A stretch of DNA of 64,000 nucleotides from an uncultured Hyphomicrobiales bacterium (GCA_964462685.1 CAYWYR010000016.1:14174-78173), one strand, 5' to 3'; counted from the stretch's first letter, positions 19,998-30,021 are shown. A program made the numbers and translations. The notes: generated by a model from the letters alone, not told the origin.

Positions 19998-21419
19998 CTA
20001 GAAAGAATAATCTATCCCATAGATGAAGGAAGTAGAACCATAGAATGGTATAGGGGACGTGAAGCCTTCCCTATGGAAGCCCATACCTCGATACTCAGCA
20101 CCTGCACGAAGACCTATGCCATTGAAAAGGTCATATCTTAACATCACCCTGCCGAAACCAACAGCCCCAGCCTGCCCCATCCCCAAACCTATTCTCGGGC
20201 TAAAATCAAGTTTTTCTATGATATTGAAATTATACTCATAGAATACACTTCCCCAAAGTTGGTTCAGATTATGCGGTACATTTACAGGTACAGTAATCTG
20301 GTTCGAAGTTGGGTCGTTAGGATCGGTATTGATGATTCTCGTTTCGACTGTATTGATAAGCAGGTTACTATTACCTATCTCCATACCAAGTAAGCTGTTA
20401 TTACTTACTCTGTATCCAGCAGATATTGAATAGTTACTGATGAATTCGTCATTTTCATTAGTAGAAAATGCTCCGATATCATTTGTAAGGTTAGTGTTTA
20501 CAACCCAGTTTCTTTTTTGGACTGCATTTATATAAGCTTGCTCTGTGGTAGTATTCTGGTCATAAACAGTTTTTTTATCAGCAAGTTGGTTAACACCTGA
20601 TCTGAACTGAGAAGAAAGGCCGTTTGTATTTTCATACTCTGGATAAACGGTACCAGATAAAACCTCTTCCTCTAAACTCTCTTCGTTATTTTTATCGCCT
20701 AATATAGATGAGTTTTCATAATTAAGAGGATTCTCAACTATAGTAAAAGTTTTTTCTATCTCTGGATCATCAGAGATTGTAGAAGATACTGTTTCGGTTT
20801 TCTCTACATTATCGTTAGCTAATGCATCAGAAGAAATGCCGGTAGCTACCCGAGAACCTATAGTGTTACCACCACTATTTGATTGACCGTTAAGTTCAAT
20901 ATCATTGCTATTGGTGCTTTTTACTTCAATTGCTTGGTTTGAAAAAACACTAACAGATTGCTGAAACGGTATGTCCAAATCTTTCTCTATAAGTAACGGA
21001 GTATCATAAGCCTGATAATCATCAACAGTTATGTAGTTTCTTGCGGTATTATCGCTAAAATCAGTCTGATTATCATCTTGTGATCCCAAATTGAATATCA
21101 GTGCGAATATAGCAAGGCCTGCAGCAGCAGAGTAACCAGCCCATCTCAGATAAAAAGGAATTACTTTCCTTCTGTCTTCTTCAAGCTCGGCACTTTTACC
21201 CATTATTTTGGCTAATACTAATTCTTCAGTATTTTTTACCAGCTTTTCAGGTACTATAACCGAATCGGCATCTTTCGCCAATAAGTATTGGGTTTCGACG
21301 GAAGCATCGAACTTTGACTTGAATTCCGGATCAGAAGCAAGCTGTTTTCTTAGCTGCTCATCTTCGGATTGTGTCAGTTCACCGTCGATATATTTGTTTA
21401 TTAAAAGTTCAATATCCAT
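19998..21419 (-). CDS. Anti-sigma factor with TM helix, long linker and C-terminal outer-membrane beta-barrel
   Basis: N-terminal LINKYIDGELTQSEDEQLRKQL; one hydrophobic helix at about aa 93-110; S/N/E/T-rich linker; amphipathic strands ending YGIDYSF; overlaps the sigma gene by 11 nt. Confidence 0.78.
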   Translation of the reverse strand: MDIELLINKYIDGELTQSEDEQLRKQLASDPEFKSKFDASVETQYLLAKDADSVIVPEKLVKNTEELVLAKIMGKSAELEEDRRKVIPFYLRWAGYSAAAGLAIFALIFNLGSQDDNQTDFSDNTARNYITVDDYQAYDTPLLIEKDLDIPFQQSVSVFSNQAIEVKSTNSNDIELNGQSNSGGNTIGSRVATGISSDALANDNVEKTETVSSTISDDPEIEKTFTIVENPLNYENSSILGDKNNEESLEEEVLSGTVYPEYENTNGLSSQFRSGVNQLADKKTVYDQNTTTEQAYINAVQKRNWVVNTNLTNDIGAFSTNENDEFISNYSISAGYRVSNNSLLGMEIGNSNLLINTVETRIINTDPNDPTSNQITVPVNVPHNLNQLWGSVFYEYNFNIIEKLDFSPRIGLGMGQAGAVGFGRVMLRYDLFNGIGLRAGAEYRGMGFHREGFTSPIPFYGSTSFIYGIDYSF

Positions 21420-21972
21420 TGTATTCCCGGACTACCGGTTCTAATATCTTTCTTAATTGTATGCGCGCCCTATGAACACGCACTTTAGCGAGAGAAAGCT
21501 CAATATCTAAAATAGTAGCTATTTCCTGATATGTGCATTCCTGGTATTCTCTTAGTATCAAAGCCTCTCTAAGCGGAAGGCTAAGGCTTTGAATTGCTTC
21601 ATCGATTGTTTTTTTGAGCATTATATCGCCGCGCTCCTGTTCTGACTCTAGCCCTAAGGCCTCATCAAAGTCAGCGTGGTTTTTCTGCGATCTCATCAGA
21701 TTCAGGCACGTATGCCTACAAATAGTATAAGCCCAGCCCCCAAAGTTCTCACCTTCGAACTTATTGCTGTTCTCATATATCTTAATAAAGGTTTCCTGAT
21801 AAGCATCACCAGCGAGCACCTCATTAGCTGTTAGTTTTAAGCAGAAACGATAAATTCGATTTGAGTATTCATCATATAGCACTCGGAATGCCTCGGCTGA
21901 TCCTTGACGGAACCTGTCGATTACCTGCTGTCTTTCAGGTGACATATCGCTATATTTTAATGGTTGACCCAA
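21409..21972 (-). CDS. ECF (sigma-70 family) RNA polymerase sigma factor
   Basis: DAYQETFIKIY in region 2; LREALILREYQECTYQEIATIL...KVRVHRAR in region 4. Confidence 0.95.
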   Translation of the reverse strand: MGQPLKYSDMSPERQQVIDRFRQGSAEAFRVLYDEYSNRIYRFCLKLTANEVLAGDAYQETFIKIYENSNKFEGENFGGWAYTICRHTCLNLMRSQKNHADFDEALGLESEQERGDIMLKKTIDEAIQSLSLPLREALILREYQECTYQEIATILDIELSLAKVRVHRARIQLRKILEPVVREYNGY

Positions 21973-22032
21973 CTTTGTATGTTTCTACTCTACTGGTGAA
22001 TGTTAAGGCTATAATTCTTGCCCTTTATTGAA

Positions 22033-22060
22033 AGACAACTGAATTGTAAAAATGGTTACA
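22033..22060 (-). promoter_or_regulatory. Putative autoregulatory ECF promoter of the sigma/anti-sigma operon
   Basis: TGTAACC-N17-GTCT in the 105-bp gap upstream of the sigma gene. Confidence 0.68.
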
Positions 22061-22077
22061 ATTCAATGTGATTTTTT

Positions 22078-24225
22078 TTATTCAACCGGATTTAGAATAG
22101 TGATAACAACAGTTCTGTTATAGGATCTGCCTTTTGCGGTCTTGTTGTCATAAAGCGGATTCTGGGCACCGTGAGGTATTCTTTCAATTGATTCTACGTT
22201 ATCGCCTTCAACCAGCCCGAGTGTGGATACAACCTCTTCTATCCTTCTTTTGGAAAGGTCTAAATTGTATTCTGGGGAACCGATATTATCGGTATAGCCA
22301 TCGATAACAACCCTTGAGTTAGGATTGATTGCGTTTCTAGCTGTTTTGAGATTAGCCTTTTGCAGGGGAGTCAGTTCAGCGCTGTTGTATTCAAATACTA
22401 TGAGACTGTATTTTTCGACGATCTTATCGTTTTTAAGTATTTCACGCTTTTTACGGATAGTCATCTGCTCAAGAAGTATCTGATCAGAATCAGTAGCTTC
22501 AACCCCGTACTCGTCTGTAGCGGCCAACTTAAAGTCGATGGGCTTTTCCAGTTTTGGCCTTGGTTCTTCGGCTATATTCCAGGTATAGTTCTGAGAAACG
22601 TCCCCGTCTCCCTGGCCATCTATTTTACGGATAAACTGGCCTTCCTGCATTATTTCCATGGAGTAAGTATAGTCGATACCTTCTTTTCCGTGGTCTAACT
22701 TAGAGTATATATCTACACTTGGTGGATTAGAGGTAATATCGATTTTCTCAAGATTAAGATACCCAGTGATTGCTTGGTTTGTCGATACGATCTCTACTCG
22801 GCTGTTTTCAGCCTGCCCTTCCGGAAGCTCTTTACGGCCGGGGCTTGCGGGAAGATTTCTCGCCTCAACTCCTATCCGAGAGGGGTCTATACCCCAGTTA
22901 TTGACAAGATAGGATTTTACAGCTTCGGCCCTATTCCTGCTTAACTCTAGATTACTTTGCTCATCTCCGATGGCATTATTAGTACCAGTTAAAACTATAT
23001 CAGAGCCCGGATTATTCAGCATACGCTTTCCAATTATATTCAGCAAGTTGGAGTGTATCGCAAGCACATTCCATTCCTGATCAAGCGGTTCAAATGAGGT
23101 GGTAGCATTTGCTGGTAATATATTTTGAGAGGTCGTGGAAAGGTCGCTACTACCCGAACCGAAAAATACATAGGGCAATAAGGGAAATGCCTCTTTAGTT
23201 TCAGTCTCTTCGATTACGATTTTACCGTATTTCCTATAATTCCCGTCAATATCTGCGGTGAACTCATATTCTAATGGCTCTGTACGGTTATAAGATTCTG
23301 TTATAGTTATTGTTTTTACTATTCTGTCATCAAACTCTTCTTCAGTGATTGATTCGCTGGAATTTATAAGTTCTATATTTTCAGATATGCCAGCTTCAAC
23401 AATCAATGTGGTATCTCTTACATAGATCGTTTCTTCGATGATTTCCTTTTCAGGCTTTATCTCTATAAAAGCATCTACCCCGAAAGATAGAGTAGCCACC
23501 GACCAAAAAGGATTACCGTTATCCCCTGCAACCGTAGCAATATCAGTTATGGGAAAATAGTATCTTGCAAAAGGCTCTAAAAAAATATCGCTTACAGGAA
23601 TCGAGTACCCGACACCTCCACCAATCCATGCCTGGAAAGGATTAAGTTCAGGTATATCATAATAATTGAACTGATCACCCCTAATATTACGAAACTCGTT
23701 ATTTACTACATAGCTTGCATCATTGGGGCTCACCAGTCTTTCATAAGTGAGAACCTCTCCACTGATCAGATAGCCGAAACGCCCACCACCGTACAAGTTG
23801 AAATTATCGAATGCGTTATACTCGTATTCCACAGAAGCGTTTATGGCAGTAACAACCGCATCAAGTGTGAACTCCGCTACAGCATTATCCGCACTAACAA
23901 GCGTTCTATCGGATATTGTATTCTGCTCTATCATTTCCCCGTTCAGGTCGTCATAACCAAGCCTGATCATTAGCCTAGATCTATCAAGAATCGGAAAAGC
24001 GACAAATGCCCCTATTCCAGGGCCAATCCCACTACCGCCGTTGTATTGGCTGCAGCAGTTGTTCCTACCTGAAAGATTCTCAAACTCGGCATTATGCTGA
24101 TTGAGGCCTATTCCCGCTGTAACGCCGACCTTTGTCAGTATCGGCTTCCCTGCGATATCATTTTGAGCGATAGAAACAGACAGAGTAAATAAGCAGAGAA
24201 ATATCAGAGAGAAAAACTTTAACAT
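22078..24225 (-). CDS. OmpA-family protein: N-terminal beta-barrel plus two OmpA-like peptidoglycan-binding domains
   Basis: LSRNRAEAVKSYL...ENSRVEI and DGYTDNIG...NLDLSKRR...NRTVVI; signal peptide. Confidence 0.85.
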   Translation of the reverse strand: MLKFFSLIFLCLFTLSVSIAQNDIAGKPILTKVGVTAGIGLNQHNAEFENLSGRNNCCSQYNGGSGIGPGIGAFVAFPILDRSRLMIRLGYDDLNGEMIEQNTISDRTLVSADNAVAEFTLDAVVTAINASVEYEYNAFDNFNLYGGGRFGYLISGEVLTYERLVSPNDASYVVNNEFRNIRGDQFNYYDIPELNPFQAWIGGGVGYSIPVSDIFLEPFARYYFPITDIATVAGDNGNPFWSVATLSFGVDAFIEIKPEKEIIEETIYVRDTTLIVEAGISENIELINSSESITEEEFDDRIVKTITITESYNRTEPLEYEFTADIDGNYRKYGKIVIEETETKEAFPLLPYVFFGSGSSDLSTTSQNILPANATTSFEPLDQEWNVLAIHSNLLNIIGKRMLNNPGSDIVLTGTNNAIGDEQSNLELSRNRAEAVKSYLVNNWGIDPSRIGVEARNLPASPGRKELPEGQAENSRVEIVSTNQAITGYLNLEKIDITSNPPSVDIYSKLDHGKEGIDYTYSMEIMQEGQFIRKIDGQGDGDVSQNYTWNIAEEPRPKLEKPIDFKLAATDEYGVEATDSDQILLEQMTIRKKREILKNDKIVEKYSLIVFEYNSAELTPLQKANLKTARNAINPNSRVVIDGYTDNIGSPEYNLDLSKRRIEEVVSTLGLVEGDNVESIERIPHGAQNPLYDNKTAKGRSYNRTVVITILNPVE

Positions 24226-24228
24226 ATA

Positions 24229-25041
24229 CTATTTAAATATTGATCTTACAACAGAATTGAAAGTGCTTGTGGGGAAGAATTTTCTAAGTATCATCAATGC
24301 TGGCGCCCCAGAGCCTACCGGGTATCTTAAACGCCAAGAGTTATCAGTGGCGGCTTTATAGATTTTCTCTGCTACCACTTCCGGACCGGGTGCTTTATTA
24401 CCTGCCTCTTGGAACTTATCATAAACCGATTTCTCATATTCATCATATTCAGGTATATCGTAATCCTCTACAAGATCCTGGCTTCTACCGTAAAAATCGG
24501 TTTTTATCGCACCAGGTTCTATCAGCTTTATTTTTATACCAAATTGCCTGAGCTCGAACTGGAGTGATTCCGAAAAACCTTCTACAGACCATTTTGTTGC
24601 ATTATATAAGCTGAAAATCGGGAATGGCATTCTGCCCCCTATAGAGGAGATATTGATGATTGTACCGCTTTTTTTCTTTCTGAAATGAGGGAGGATCTGG
24701 CGTGTAACATCCATTAGACCAAATACATTTACATCAAACTGCTTCCTTACAGTTTCCGGGGATGACTTTTCGAAAGAACCGATAGCTCCGTACCCCGCAT
24801 TGTTCACAATGGCATCTATTGAGCCGAAATCATTTATCGCCCCGTTTATCGCTTCTTTTATAGAGTCAGGCTCGGTAACATCTAACTTGTAGTATTTTAT
24901 ATTTTGTCTGCTGTCGCCGGAGGAATAATCCTCTGGTGTCCGCATAGTCGCAGCTACATTCCAGCCTTTATCTGAAAAATAGTCTTTAGTTGATTCGCCG
25001 ATACCTGATGATGCACCTGTGATCATAACTGTTTTAGCCAT
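24229..25041 (-). CDS. Short-chain dehydrogenase/reductase
   Basis: TGASSGIG, NNAG and YNATK (YxxxK). Confidence 0.95.
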   Translation of the reverse strand: MAKTVMITGASSGIGESTKDYFSDKGWNVAATMRTPEDYSSGDSRQNIKYYKLDVTEPDSIKEAINGAINDFGSIDAIVNNAGYGAIGSFEKSSPETVRKQFDVNVFGLMDVTRQILPHFRKKKSGTIINISSIGGRMPFPIFSLYNATKWSVEGFSESLQFELRQFGIKIKLIEPGAIKTDFYGRSQDLVEDYDIPEYDEYEKSVYDKFQEAGNKAPGPEVVAEKIYKAATDNSWRLRYPVGSGAPALMILRKFFPTSTFNSVVRSIFK

Positions 25042-28000
25042 TATCTCACTACTCCTGCCTTTTTGATTATTATATTCCTGCCATTTGTGTACTTAACAAA
25101 GTACATACCGCTAGATATAGCGGGTAATTTGATATCCCTGCTATATACTTGTCTACCGTTTGAGTTCCATTTATCGCTGAATACGATACTACCCCTTATA
25201 TCATACACTTTAACAGCATATTCCCCAGAATATGGTGAAACTGCGTTTAAGCTCATGATATTCTGATTTACTGAGACAGTTATATCAATCGGCTGAACGT
25301 AATCCATGAGCCTTGTTCCATCTTCATCGGTACAAGGGAGTATTCTCAGAACGCCGTTTTCCGCTACTAGGTCTGATATTATCCCATCTGGTTCATATTC
25401 AAAATTCGTTAAGTCGATTTCGATAGCAGTCTGTTCAGCATTACCAAGCATCGGGCTACCGATAAGAGTAAATATTTCGCTTTCGGTTTCCGTGATAGTT
25501 TTATCGGTTCCGGAGATTTCAATCGTAATCTCTCTATCGTTATTCCAATCCTGAGCTAGAACCTGCATCTGCCCGCCTTGTAGCTCTTCAGGATAGAAAA
25601 GAGTTTTATTCCAGGAAACCCTTATTCCCGAGAGACTGGTAAGGGTTACTTCGCTCACTCCATTGCTTATCATACCATATATAGGTATGTTCACGTTTAG
25701 ATCCTCAGCGGGATCATAACTGCCCAAATCAGTATCTGTATATATTGATAGAGTAGCCCCAGGTACGCCTACACCTGTTAGGATTACAATTATGCTATCG
25801 CGGCAATCAGGATTTTCAACTAATATCGGTATCTTAATTTCCTCTCGAAAAGAACCTGTCCTATCAGGTGTGAAATTAGTTCGGAATCTGTTAAAAGTGC
25901 CGCCGTTCAGGTTCTGATTAGATAGGTTCAACAAATCAGTATCAAAAACACCGGGGTCAGTGTTGGGTAAAATGATATTTTCAGTTGATACATCAAGATC
26001 AACTTCGCTTGAGAACTCTCTTTCTATATCTACAGAAGTCTGGAAAATAACCTGATTGCCAAAATCAACTATAATAGTGTCCGGACTAAAGCCTTTTAAA
26101 ACCTCGGCTGTCAAAGAGAAATCTAAAGAATCAATAGCGCCGTTTTCGAATGTATAAAGCCTGTACTGCTGATTAATCAGTCCTTCATCAAAAGTCGAAG
26201 CATCGAAAGTGCCGCCAGGGACAGTTCTTTGTGAAAACTCATCTACTATATTATCTGCTAAATATACTCTTTGAAAGGCATTAGCCAAATTAACCAAAGA
26301 GTCAACCCTGCCGCTTACCCCGCCGAAGTTCTGAAGTGGTATATCCCAATCGATCAATGCACACTTGTTGATTTTTCCTAGATCAATATCTAAAACTTCG
26401 ATATTTGATTGTATTATCTCAAAGTTGAGGGTGTATGAGATAGATTCACCGCATTGTGGTACAAATTCAAGATCATAACTTACAGACTCAGGCATACCCG
26501 TATATGCTTCAGCATCTATCTGTAATTCTATACTGGTAGTTGGATTTGCCTGGGATATTACAAGGCCGTCAGTAAATGCTGTATTAATTATCTGATCAGA
26601 ATCGTTGTTGGGATCAGGTGTGAACGAAAGCCCCCTTTGCAGTACAGATAGCAGTTCGATCTCAATAGTTTGTATCGCACTAAGCCCGCCGAGTGGTATC
26701 TGTCCAAAATCTATCACCCTATCATTATTACCATCTGATTCTGTTGTATTGAACTGCAGCGAGTCCACTTCAGCAGTAAATTCAATTTCAATGGGATTAT
26801 TCAGATCGGCGGTTGTAATTATTTCCAGGGTAGATTGATATATACCATTTGCTGCCGCATCTGGATTAAACCTAACTTGATAGCTTATAGTATCCCCATT
26901 GCCAAGTGAATTATCAGATACAGATACCTGCCTACCATCATTGGCGTAAAAGGCTGGTGTAGAGCTATAATACCCAAACTGATTGCCTGAGAATATTCCC
27001 CATTCAGGATTGGCCGGCGTACCTTGGTTTACTATCGAAAACTCATCATCGGAAAAGTTCCAGATATTGACAATAGTGTCCTGAGCCTCGCAATAATAAA
27101 TGAGGCCGAAATCTACATCGGGGGAAACACCAAGTGAGTAATCTATACCTTCCCCTGATAGATCTATATCAAGGCTGACATCGCATAGATCAGCACCTAT
27201 CTGAGGCTGCCACGTGAATGGTGCAACTGGATTATCACCTATTACAGATGGTGTGAAAATAAAAATCAAATTTACAGTATCGCCTGGCAGAAGTTCAGAT
27301 ATAAACGGTTCGTACCTATTGAAAACATATTCAGGTGCGGGTGGTATGGGATCATCGTTAAGCAAGATAGTGTCATTACCGGTATTAATTACAGATACCG
27401 TTCTTTCTGTAGGGGAATTAATTAGCTGAGCTCCAAAATCCTGTTGATTGGGATCAGCAAATGTAAGCTCATTATCTACGACTCTATACGCTAAAGCTAA
27501 GCTATCAATAGCGTCAGGGCATTCAACATCATTAACTGTAGCATACAGAACTCTATCACCTAGTTGATTAGCATTAACAGTGAAATCAAACTGTAGGGTC
27601 TCGCCCGTAAGAATAGTTAGATCATTATTAGGGTTTTGTAGATTTAGTTGCGGGTCGCCGGAATAATCGATTGATGATTCTTTAGTGCTGCTATTTAAAA
27701 CGTAAAAACTACCCGTAAATTGATCCCCAAGGCATACCTCACCTAAATAAAGACTATCCTGAGTAAGAGTAATATTATTTTCATCTTGATATGAAAGATC
27801 GACAATTCTTCTTTCAATCCTTACTCTGTATTCTTTAACGGCTTCGTCGGGATCATTGGATGCTATCCTATAAACCATATTTCTGTCCGTCTCGAGCCCA
27901 TCAGGATTATTGAACCTGAATACTATCCATCCAGTTTCGCCCGGCGGGATAACAAGATCACCGGTAGTCAATATTTCAAAATCCGCGAAATTCTGAACAT

Positions 28001-29894
28001 TTCTAAAATCGCTTGCTGCCATATCTATCACAAGATCGGCATCACCTTCATTAAACACCCTTATACTATCAATAAGCTCATCACCTTGGCAGCTTACAAA
28101 GCTCAAAACAGCTCGAATCTCATTATCAATGTCTGGTACAAGATCCAGTCTGATTATATTCCATGCAGCCTGGGAAAGTAAATATTGCGGATCGGTTCTG
28201 TATTGAGTTTGTGCAGCAGCAGAAGGTCTGTCCCAAACAGAAGCAATAAACATATAATCCTGTCCTGCTGGGAAATCGATATTCTGTGTCCAGTTATTAG
28301 TACCTAAAGGGGCGTTTCCTAAAATCACCCATTCATTATTTTCATAACTATAGTGAGTAAGTTCACCTCCATCATTCTTATATCCACGAAGATTAAAGTT
28401 TGATTTCGCAAATTTTACAGTATCGCTTGAGGTCATGTAATAGACGTTATCACCTAAGACACTGCTAGCTTGATAATTAGCCTTTATATAACCGCTACCA
28501 CCATCGACAGTATTGTTTACTTCCCCACCTTGTGCTCTGGCCGATACCTGATCTAAACCATCAATATCATAAACTTTGGCATTTAATTCAATGCCGCCAC
28601 CGGAACCCGCACCACCATCTACAAGGCCTGATTCACCATCTCCACCATCTGATATGACTCTTAGTGACTGAATACTTTCAGCGAATAATCTGATAGCGCC
28701 GCCGCCACCACCGCCTTCGCCTGCACAACCACCTGTAAGAGTCTGTGGGTTACCAGATGCACCGCCAGAACCTCCTGCCAAAGGAACTAATCTTTGAGAA
28801 CCATGAATGTTACCAGTTACAGTACCTACAGTATTACCATCATCCCTATAGGAGCCATTACCTCCCCTTGAAAGCTGCCCAGCACCACTACCGCCACCAT
28901 ATCCGCCTTCCGGCTCGAAGCCACCTGTTCCGTTCCATCCAATCCCGGAGGAACCAAATGGATGCCCAGTTCCACCCCCGGCGTTTTCATATAGTCCGTT
29001 TAAAGTAATACCACCAACAACACCATTGATACTGGAACCCCCAACTAATCCTGTTGTAATCTCCCCACTACCGTTTCCCGCATCTTGATGAGAACTGCTA
29101 CCGCCTTGAAAATTTTGGCCTCCTGCACCTCCCCCAGTAAACCCTAAGCCGCCATTTGTTCCTGATGGGGCATTGAAGAGAGCGTTCCTATCGCAAAACT
29201 GTCCGCCACCGCCACCGCCGCCAGGGCCTCCGTTTTCTCCAGTAGCACTTACATCTATTACAGAACCAGTACCACCGATAATCGGCCCGAGTGATAATAT
29301 ATGGGCAGGCAAATATGCTTGGTTTCCAGGTTCAAAAGGGTCGGGGTCATTTGTTGATATGGTGTAAGTAGTATTATCTGCCAATAAGAGGCTATCAACT
29401 ATTATCGCGTTCTTTGGAGACATTTTACCGATATTATCTCCGAAGACTGTATTTGCTCCTGGATCCCCAACTGTTGTAGGCTCTACTATATAAAAGTCGA
29501 AAGAAGCACCTGGCAGAAGAGTCCCGTTCCTTGATACTTGAATGAGTACGTTATCTGAAAGTTCCCAATCTTCGTCAAGGCCTGCCTTGTCATACTCAGG
29601 GCTAACGAAAATCGTAGTTGTAATAAGTCTTCCATCCCAGCTGGAAGTCACAGGCCCTATGACTATATTGGGATTCGGGGTAGCAAGCTGAACCCTAAGA
29701 TCATCGCCAGGGTTATTGAGCGATACTTCATTATCAAGAGTGGAGAAAAAATCAAAATCATCATGGTCTGCAACTATTTCTACATAGGTAGCAAACCCTG
29801 GGGTTCCTACATCAGGGAACATATAGGGTTTAGATACTGCGGGTAAAGCGGCAATAATCAGCGATATAGAAACGAATAATCTAAACATCAACAT
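25041..29894 (-). CDS. Large secreted/surface protein: glycine-rich domain, Ig-like (choice-of-anchor D/ASH-like) repeats and T9SS type-A-like CTD
   Basis: Signal peptide; poly-G tracts; repeated (V/I)DFG and N.G...L.I...PG units; SNDPD; C-terminal VKVYDIRGSIV...ISSGMYFVK. Confidence 0.75.
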   Translation of the reverse strand: MLMFRLFVSISLIIAALPAVSKPYMFPDVGTPGFATYVEIVADHDDFDFFSTLDNEVSLNNPGDDLRVQLATPNPNIVIGPVTSSWDGRLITTTIFVSPEYDKAGLDEDWELSDNVLIQVSRNGTLLPGASFDFYIVEPTTVGDPGANTVFGDNIGKMSPKNAIIVDSLLLADNTTYTISTNDPDPFEPGNQAYLPAHILSLGPIIGGTGSVIDVSATGENGGPGGGGGGGQFCDRNALFNAPSGTNGGLGFTGGGAGGQNFQGGSSSHQDAGNGSGEITTGLVGGSSINGVVGGITLNGLYENAGGGTGHPFGSSGIGWNGTGGFEPEGGYGGGSGAGQLSRGGNGSYRDDGNTVGTVTGNIHGSQRLVPLAGGSGGASGNPQTLTGGCAGEGGGGGGAIRLFAESIQSLRVISDGGDGESGLVDGGAGSGGGIELNAKVYDIDGLDQVSARAQGGEVNNTVDGGSGYIKANYQASSVLGDNVYYMTSSDTVKFAKSNFNLRGYKNDGGELTHYSYENNEWVILGNAPLGTNNWTQNIDFPAGQDYMFIASVWDRPSAAAQTQYRTDPQYLLSQAAWNIIRLDLVPDIDNEIRAVLSFVSCQGDELIDSIRVFNEGDADLVIDMAASDFRNVQNFADFEILTTGDLVIPPGETGWIVFRFNNPDGLETDRNMVYRIASNDPDEAVKEYRVRIERRIVDLSYQDENNITLTQDSLYLGEVCLGDQFTGSFYVLNSSTKESSIDYSGDPQLNLQNPNNDLTILTGETLQFDFTVNANQLGDRVLYATVNDVECPDAIDSLALAYRVVDNELTFADPNQQDFGAQLINSPTERTVSVINTGNDTILLNDDPIPPAPEYVFNRYEPFISELLPGDTVNLIFIFTPSVIGDNPVAPFTWQPQIGADLCDVSLDIDLSGEGIDYSLGVSPDVDFGLIYYCEAQDTIVNIWNFSDDEFSIVNQGTPANPEWGIFSGNQFGYYSSTPAFYANDGRQVSVSDNSLGNGDTISYQVRFNPDAAANGIYQSTLEIITTADLNNPIEIEFTAEVDSLQFNTTESDGNNDRVIDFGQIPLGGLSAIQTIEIELLSVLQRGLSFTPDPNNDSDQIINTAFTDGLVISQANPTTSIELQIDAEAYTGMPESVSYDLEFVPQCGESISYTLNFEIIQSNIEVLDIDLGKINKCALIDWDIPLQNFGGVSGRVDSLVNLANAFQRVYLADNIVDEFSQRTVPGGTFDASTFDEGLINQQYRLYTFENGAIDSLDFSLTAEVLKGFSPDTIIVDFGNQVIFQTSVDIEREFSSEVDLDVSTENIILPNTDPGVFDTDLLNLSNQNLNGGTFNRFRTNFTPDRTGSFREEIKIPILVENPDCRDSIIVILTGVGVPGATLSIYTDTDLGSYDPAEDLNVNIPIYGMISNGVSEVTLTSLSGIRVSWNKTLFYPEELQGGQMQVLAQDWNNDREITIEISGTDKTITETESEIFTLIGSPMLGNAEQTAIEIDLTNFEYEPDGIISDLVAENGVLRILPCTDEDGTRLMDYVQPIDITVSVNQNIMSLNAVSPYSGEYAVKVYDIRGSIVFSDKWNSNGRQVYSRDIKLPAISSGMYFVKYTNGRNIIIKKAGVVR

Positions 29895-29915
29895 TTTTGA
29901 ATCTCATTGGATATA

Positions 29916-29942
29916 AGTCGTCATCATAACACGTAAGTTATG
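29916..29942 (-). promoter_or_regulatory. Possible ECF promoter (variant) upstream of the 1617-aa gene
   Basis: CATAACT-N16-GACT on the minus strand. Confidence 0.35.
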
Positions 29943-30021
29943 AAAATGTCACTTAACATGCTTATAGCAGATATATTCTTACAGCTATAATGGAATCAGT
30001 TCAAATTTGAGAGAAGTTGGA

